This document shows positions 59,705 through 64,000 of a stretch of 64,000 nt of DNA, one piece after another (position 1 is the first letter of the stretch; every line of letters begins with the position of its first letter). The stretch lies in the IMG/VR virus record IMGVR_UViG_3300027779_001743, positions 6,696 to 70,695 of that record; one strand, written 5' to 3'. The notes under the pieces were generated by a model. The model saw nothing but the letters and a program-made list of their open reading frames with translations, made no database searches and had not been told where the DNA came from. This stretch comes from a virus. Position numbers and translations under genes: made by a program.

Positions 59705-60012
59705 TGAAACTAAAAGACCTATTATCAGAATCAAGTTTAAAAGTATTGGATAGAAAGTTTGGTGAGCCATTACCAACAATTGAAGATACTGCAAGAGCTT
59801 ATCGTTTAAGAAAAGAACAAGAAGTAAAAGAGGGTGGAGCAGGAAGTGGTAGACCAACTAAAGATGGTTCAGCAAAAGATATCGAAAAGAAGATGAGTAA
59901 GGCAGCAGATGACGCTAATGCGAAAATGGATGCAGCTGAAAAGAAAATGACAAAAGAAGAACTTTTGACAAAAATAGCAGAACTTACAGAAGAATTAAAA
60001 CAATACAACTAA
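59704..60012 (+). CDS. hypothetical protein with KLKDLLxE leader
   Basis: MKLKDLLSE..RKFGEPLPT..VKE|GGAGSGR. Confidence 0.65.
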   Translation: MKLKDLLSESSLKVLDRKFGEPLPTIEDTARAYRLRKEQEVKEGGAGSGRPTKDGSAKDIEKKMSKAADDANAKMDAAEKKMTKEELLTKIAELTEELKQYN

Positions 60013-60022
60013 AGAGGTTACT

Positions 60023-60223
60023 TTGATAAAAGTAAATATCCGTAAAGGACAATCAGTAGAACAAGCACTTAAAATATTCAAACGTAAAGTTAAAGACAGC
60101 AATATGATGTTTGAATTAAAAGAACGTTCATTTTATAAAAAGCCATCGGCAATTAAAAGAGAACTAAAAAATAAAACAAAATTAAGAGCTAAATACGAAA
60201 AATTAAAAAATCAAGAAGATTAA
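60023..60223 (+). CDS. rpsU: phage-encoded 30S ribosomal protein bS21
   Basis: VNIRKGQSVEQALKIFKRKV..ELKERSFYKKPSAIKRE matches the bS21 pattern (E.ALK.FKR..R.FY.KPS..R). TTG start with GAGGT SD. Confidence 0.88.
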   Translation: MIKVNIRKGQSVEQALKIFKRKVKDSNMMFELKERSFYKKPSAIKRELKNKTKLRAKYEKLKNQED

Positions 60224-60251
60224 AAATATACACACTTTGTATGTTTTTTTT
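60222..60251 (+). terminator. probable intrinsic terminator after bS21
   Basis: AAAAATATACA-CACTT-TGTATGTTTTT hairpin with a T-run. Confidence 0.5.
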
Positions 60252-60382
60252 CTACTTACTTGATACTTATTACTAAATAAATACACTATCGTATTTTCAT
60301 ATACATCATATAGTGTAATCGATTAAAACTAATCTAATTATAGTTCCTAATAACTATATTGAATCCAAAAGAGGAAAACATA

Positions 60383-61579
60383 ATGGATGATTTACTAAAA
60401 GACGCTATTGCGGATGCAAAGGCAGTTAGAGAAACTGCATTAGCAAATGCTAAAATAGCACTTGAAGAAGCATTTACACCACGTTTGCAATCTATGCTAT
60501 CTCGTAAAATCGAAGCAGAAATGGACGCCGAAGAACTTGAAGACAAGGAAGAGGAAGATATGGACGCTGAAGAAGGTATGCACGATACAGAAGAAGAAAT
60601 GGAAGATTCAGAAGAAGGTATGCACGATAAAGAAGAAGGCATGCACGATACTGAAGAAGAAATGGAAGATTCTGAAGAAGGTATGCACGATAAAGAAGAA
60701 GAAATGGACGCTGAAGAAGAAATGGAAGATTCCGAGGAAGGTATGCACGATAAAGAAGAAGGCATGCACGACAAAGAAGAAGAAATGGACGCTGAAGAAG
60801 AAGAAGATTCTGAAGAAATGAGAGAACAAGAAGACGCTGAAGAGGAAGACGAACTTGATTTAGAATCAGTTCTTGCTGAATTAGAAGCAGATTTAAAAGA
60901 TGCCGAGGAAGAAGAAGAACCAGTAGAAGAAGTCGAAGACAAAGACGAAGAAGAAAAAGTCGATGAAAATGACGTATCATCAGAAATTGGTAAAGCTGAC
61001 AACAAGGTTGCTGATAAAGCAAATGATTCATCATCAGTAGGACAAGGTCCTGAATCAGAAGGTTCTGATAAACCAGAAGGTTCTGAAGACGAAAATTCAT
61101 CAGTAGTGAAAGAAGTAGAAGACAAAGATGAGGACGATGATATCGACCTTGACGAAGTCTTAAAAGCACTATCTGAAGAAGAAGACGCTGAAGAAGAAGC
61201 AGACAAAGTGGAAGAGCTTAAAAAAGAAATAACAGAAACTCGTAAAGTCGTAAGATTTATGCGAGCAAAATTAAACGAAGTTAATTTATTGAACGCAAAA
61301 CTATTGTTCTCGAACAAATTGTTTAGAGCATTCGGATTGAACAACAACCAGAAACTAAAAGTTGTAGAAAACTTTGACAGAACTAAAAACTTGAGAGAAG
61401 TTAAATTGGTATATGCTACATTAGCAGAATCATTTAAAAGCCCAAAAAAGTTAAGTGAGTCAGTTTCTAAAGGTTCAAGTTCAAAACCAACTCGTTCTAC
61501 AAAACCAGCGAAAGCACAGGTATTGTCAGAAGGAGCTGAAATGAAAGCAAGGTTCAAGAAATTAGCAAACATACTTTAG
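60383..61579 (+). CDS. prohead core/scaffold protein (functional analogue of T4 gp22)
   Basis: Very acidic and directly upstream of the MCP. DAIADAKAVRETALANAK..EEAFTP N-terminus; LNEVNLLNAKLL..RFKKLANI C-terminus. ATG 60383 has a GAGGA SD. Confidence 0.8.
   Translation: MDDLLKDAIADAKAVRETALANAKIALEEAFTPRLQSMLSRKIEAEMDAEELEDKEEEDMDAEEGMHDTEEEMEDSEEGMHDKEEGMHDTEEEMEDSEEGMHDKEEEMDAEEEMEDSEEGMHDKEEGMHDKEEEMDAEEEEDSEEMREQEDAEEEDELDLESVLAELEADLKDAEEEEEPVEEVEDKDEEEKVDENDVSSEIGKADNKVADKANDSSSVGQGPESEGSDKPEGSEDENSSVVKEVEDKDEDDDIDLDEVLKALSEEEDAEEEADKVEELKKEITETRKVVRFMRAKLNEVNLLNAKLLFSNKLFRAFGLNNNQKLKVVENFDRTKNLREVKLVYATLAESFKSPKKLSESVSKGSSSKPTRSTKPAKAQVLSEGAEMKARFKKLANIL
60520..60850 (+). repeat. imperfect tandem repeats in the scaffold (EEGMHDK / EEEMEDS / EEEMDA units)
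   Basis: Six GMHD units plus MEDS and MDAE units, in shuffled 18-21-bp blocks. Confidence 0.9.
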
Positions 61580-61589
61580 GGGACTAAAA

Positions 61590-63239
61590 ATGAGTAAAAT
61601 GACAGCAATAGAATCTTTGATGGACGGATATAATCCACAAAGACAACTATTAGAACAAACTCGTCAGTTAGTAAAAAAATGGGAGCCAACAGGCCTATTA
61701 GAAGGTATGGAAGAAGAAACAAAAAGACACGGAATGGCAGTATTGCTTGAAAATCAAGCAGGACAGTTAATCCAAGAAGCATCAGTTACTGGTGGACAAA
61801 ACGCAGAAGAGTGGAGCGGTGTAGCTTTACCATTAGTTCGAAGAATTTTTGGTGAACTAGCAGCTCAAGATTTTGTGTCAGTACAACCAATGAACTTACC
61901 TTCAGGTCTTATCTTCTATCTAGACTTCAAATATGGAACTGCACAAACAGGTAACCATACAAACAACGCTGATGTATACGGAAATACATCAGGGTCTAAC
62001 GTAGACGCAAGCGGTGGTTTATACGGCGCAGGTAAATTTGGATATTCAATTAACGATAACGACACAGCTTTACAGACTATTGGAACAGCAGCATCAGCTA
62101 GCACGTTTTCAACAGCTTCAGTAAACTTTGACGATGTTGATTTTGAACCATCTTTATCAGCTTCACAAGCAACCGCAGATAGTGCAGATAATGCACTTCT
62201 AAAAGTGGTAACAGCAGGCGCATCATACACTAACGAAGACCAAGACGGCGTAAGAGCTTTCTCAATCTCAGGTAGTGGTTTTGATGAGTTTTTCCCAGCA
62301 TACACAAAATTCGATTCATCAGCTGATACAATAACATTTATTGTTAGAAAATCTGGTGTCGGTTCATTGATAAATGCACAGGTAGCTTATCACAAACAAC
62401 CAGCAACAAATTACAGTAGAACTGATTTTGAAGCTACAGCAGCGAATGTAGACGCAAATCCTGAAACAGATATTGATATACCTGAATTAGACATTGCGTT
62501 AAAGAGCATTCCTATCATCGCTAAAACTCGTAAGTTAAAAGCAGTCTGGACTCCAGAACTTGCTCAAGACTTAAATGCATACCATTCAGTTGACGCAGAA
62601 GCAGAGTTAACATCACTATTAAGTGAATATATTTCAATGGAAATTGATTTAGAAATTCTTGATATGTTGATGGCTAACGCTTCAGCTAAGACAGAAAACT
62701 GGTCAGCAAGAGTTGGTTATGAATACAATTCATTAACTGAATTGTTTGAAGAATCAAGTGGTGCTTCAAATGCTTACACTAAAGGTGACTGGTTCCAAAC
62801 ACTTGGAAACAAAATCCAAAGCGTAAGTAACGCAATTCATCAGAAAACACTAAGAGGTGGAGCTAACTTTATAGTAGTATCACCAGAAACTGCAACAATC
62901 TTGGAATCAATTCCAGGATATGCAACAGGTGCTGATGGCGACGCTAACACAAATCAATTCGCTATGGGTGTTCAAAAAATGGGGGCAATCAATAACAGAT
63001 ACACTGTTTATAAAAACCCTTATATGTTAGAAAACACAATCCTAATCGGATTTAGAGGTTCTAACTTCTTAGAAACAGGCGCGGTATACGCTCCATATGT
63101 TCCTATGATAATGACACCACTAGTATATGACCCTAAAAACTTCACACCAAGAAAAGGCGTTATGACACGCTATGCGAAGAAAATGGTCAGACCAGAGTTT
63201 TACGGAAAAGTAATTGTTGCCGATGTTAACTATGTCTAA
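61590..63239 (+). CDS. major capsid protein (T4 gp23-like)
   Basis: LLENQ, LPLVRR, VQPMNLPSGLIFYL, AKTRKLKAVWTPELAQDLNAYH, EIDLEIL, YAPYVP, PRKGVMTRY. Confidence 0.97.
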   Translation: MSKMTAIESLMDGYNPQRQLLEQTRQLVKKWEPTGLLEGMEEETKRHGMAVLLENQAGQLIQEASVTGGQNAEEWSGVALPLVRRIFGELAAQDFVSVQPMNLPSGLIFYLDFKYGTAQTGNHTNNADVYGNTSGSNVDASGGLYGAGKFGYSINDNDTALQTIGTAASASTFSTASVNFDDVDFEPSLSASQATADSADNALLKVVTAGASYTNEDQDGVRAFSISGSGFDEFFPAYTKFDSSADTITFIVRKSGVGSLINAQVAYHKQPATNYSRTDFEATAANVDANPETDIDIPELDIALKSIPIIAKTRKLKAVWTPELAQDLNAYHSVDAEAELTSLLSEYISMEIDLEILDMLMANASAKTENWSARVGYEYNSLTELFEESSGASNAYTKGDWFQTLGNKIQSVSNAIHQKTLRGGANFIVVSPETATILESIPGYATGADGDANTNQFAMGVQKMGAINNRYTVYKNPYMLENTILIGFRGSNFLETGAVYAPYVPMIMTPLVYDPKNFTPRKGVMTRYAKKMVRPEFYGKVIVADVNYV

Positions 63240-63294
63240 ATGAATAGTTAGTATTAACAACGAATATTAGAAGTAAATTCTAGTGAACAAGCAT

Positions 63295-63328
63295 AAAAAA
63301 ACCCTCATTTATTTGGGGGTTTTTTTTT
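63295..63328 (+). terminator. intrinsic terminator downstream of the major capsid gene
   Basis: AAAAAAACCCTCA-TTTATT-TGGGGGTTTTTTTTT; it may act in both directions. Confidence 0.85.
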
Positions 63329-63348
63329 ATATTCTACTATTTATTAGT

Positions 63349-63918
63349 ATGGAGAATTCTATGGATATAATATACAAAATAACAAGTCCAAGTAAAAAAG
63401 TTTATATTGGTCGAACAAGTGATTTGGGTAGACGAATTAACGAACACCGAAGTGTAGCTAAAAAGCAAGAGGGTTGGTCGTTACATAAATCTATTCGTAA
63501 ATATGGTTGGGATAATATGGTGGTAGAGGAAATAGCAAAAGTAGTTCCAGAAGAATCACAAACCATTGAAGAAGCATTTATTATCTTATATGATTCAGTA
63601 AAAAATGGATATAATGATACATATATTGGTTCTGGTGGAGACCAATGGAAAGGTAGACGAAATACCAAAGAATATAAAGAATTTGTAAAAAAACAAAGTG
63701 AAGATAGAGTTGGATACAAAAACGGAATGTTCGGTAAAAAACATTCAGACGAAGCAATTCAAAAACAAAAACAAAAAGCAAAAGGTCGTTTTTCATTACC
63801 TTGGTATCAAGATAGACACGGAGTAGATGAGGGGACTGAATTGTATCAAGCAAGATGTCTGGCATTGAAAAACCGCAAATTAAAAAAAGACCAGTTCGGT
63901 CGATTTAAATCCAACTAA
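63349..63918 (+). CDS. free-standing GIY-YIG homing endonuclease with NUMOD3-type motif
   Basis: IIYKIT..KVYIGRT..RRINEH, E..FI, NGYN, NGMFGKKHSDE. Start is ATG 63349 or 63361. Confidence 0.88.
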   Translation: MENSMDIIYKITSPSKKVYIGRTSDLGRRINEHRSVAKKQEGWSLHKSIRKYGWDNMVVEEIAKVVPEESQTIEEAFIILYDSVKNGYNDTYIGSGGDQWKGRRNTKEYKEFVKKQSEDRVGYKNGMFGKKHSDEAIQKQKQKAKGRFSLPWYQDRHGVDEGTELYQARCLALKNRKLKKDQFGRFKSN

Positions 63919-64000
63919 TTAATACTTATATACAGAGATTATTTCCAGCCCTGACGACGGATGTCGTGGGTATTGTAATCTACAATTAAAGGTTGAGGGA

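Noticed and set aside
60520-60850. Repeats resembling a CRISPR array
   Set aside because: They are in-frame coding repeats with no unique spacers, and no cas genes are present.
60334-61572. Long minus-strand ORFs (412 aa, 225 aa) and an alternative-frame ORF over the scaffold
   Set aside because: These are shadows of GAA-rich low-complexity coding sequence with Ser/Leu-rich nonsense translations.
63949-63975. CTGACGA resembling a hammerhead ribozyme core
   Set aside because: The GAAA required after stem II is missing, and the bases are better explained by the ACGAC/GTCGT hairpin.

Overview
This 64-kb window comes from an AT-rich, T4-like huge (jumbo) phage genome. It uses standard genetic code 11 and is coded almost entirely on the + strand. 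It has five parts. (1) The end of a replication block (primase, fused Mre11-Rad50). (2) A 2234-aa tail fibre with an S74 chaperone, followed by two virion-like proteins that end in Hint domains. (3) A ~27-kb glycan/nucleotide-sugar island: GT4, GT2, two GT7-LamG fusions, six methyltransferases, two radical SAM enzymes, RmlC, three SDR epimerases, a split TPP enzyme, and sulfotransferase-like and 2OG-Fe(II) enzymes. (4) GroEL, GH108 lysozyme and a set of putative head-packaged proteins. (5) The head module: terminase, portal, prohead protease, ribosomal protein bS21, scaffold, major capsid protein and a GIY-YIG endonuclease. The most notable unexplained patterns are four. There is a shared N-terminal 'MxKLKDLLxE' leader plus identical 15-bp 'ESVNE' linkers, suggesting a modular, protease-released capsid cargo system. 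Hint-domain virion proteins and S/T-x-S-rich fibres sit next to the glycosylation island. A riboswitch/attenuator-like leader lies upstream of rmlC. A recurrent WTAYTTATW promoter-like motif is exactly 12 nt before an ATG in four cases. All assignments come from motifs read by eye; no database searches were run.
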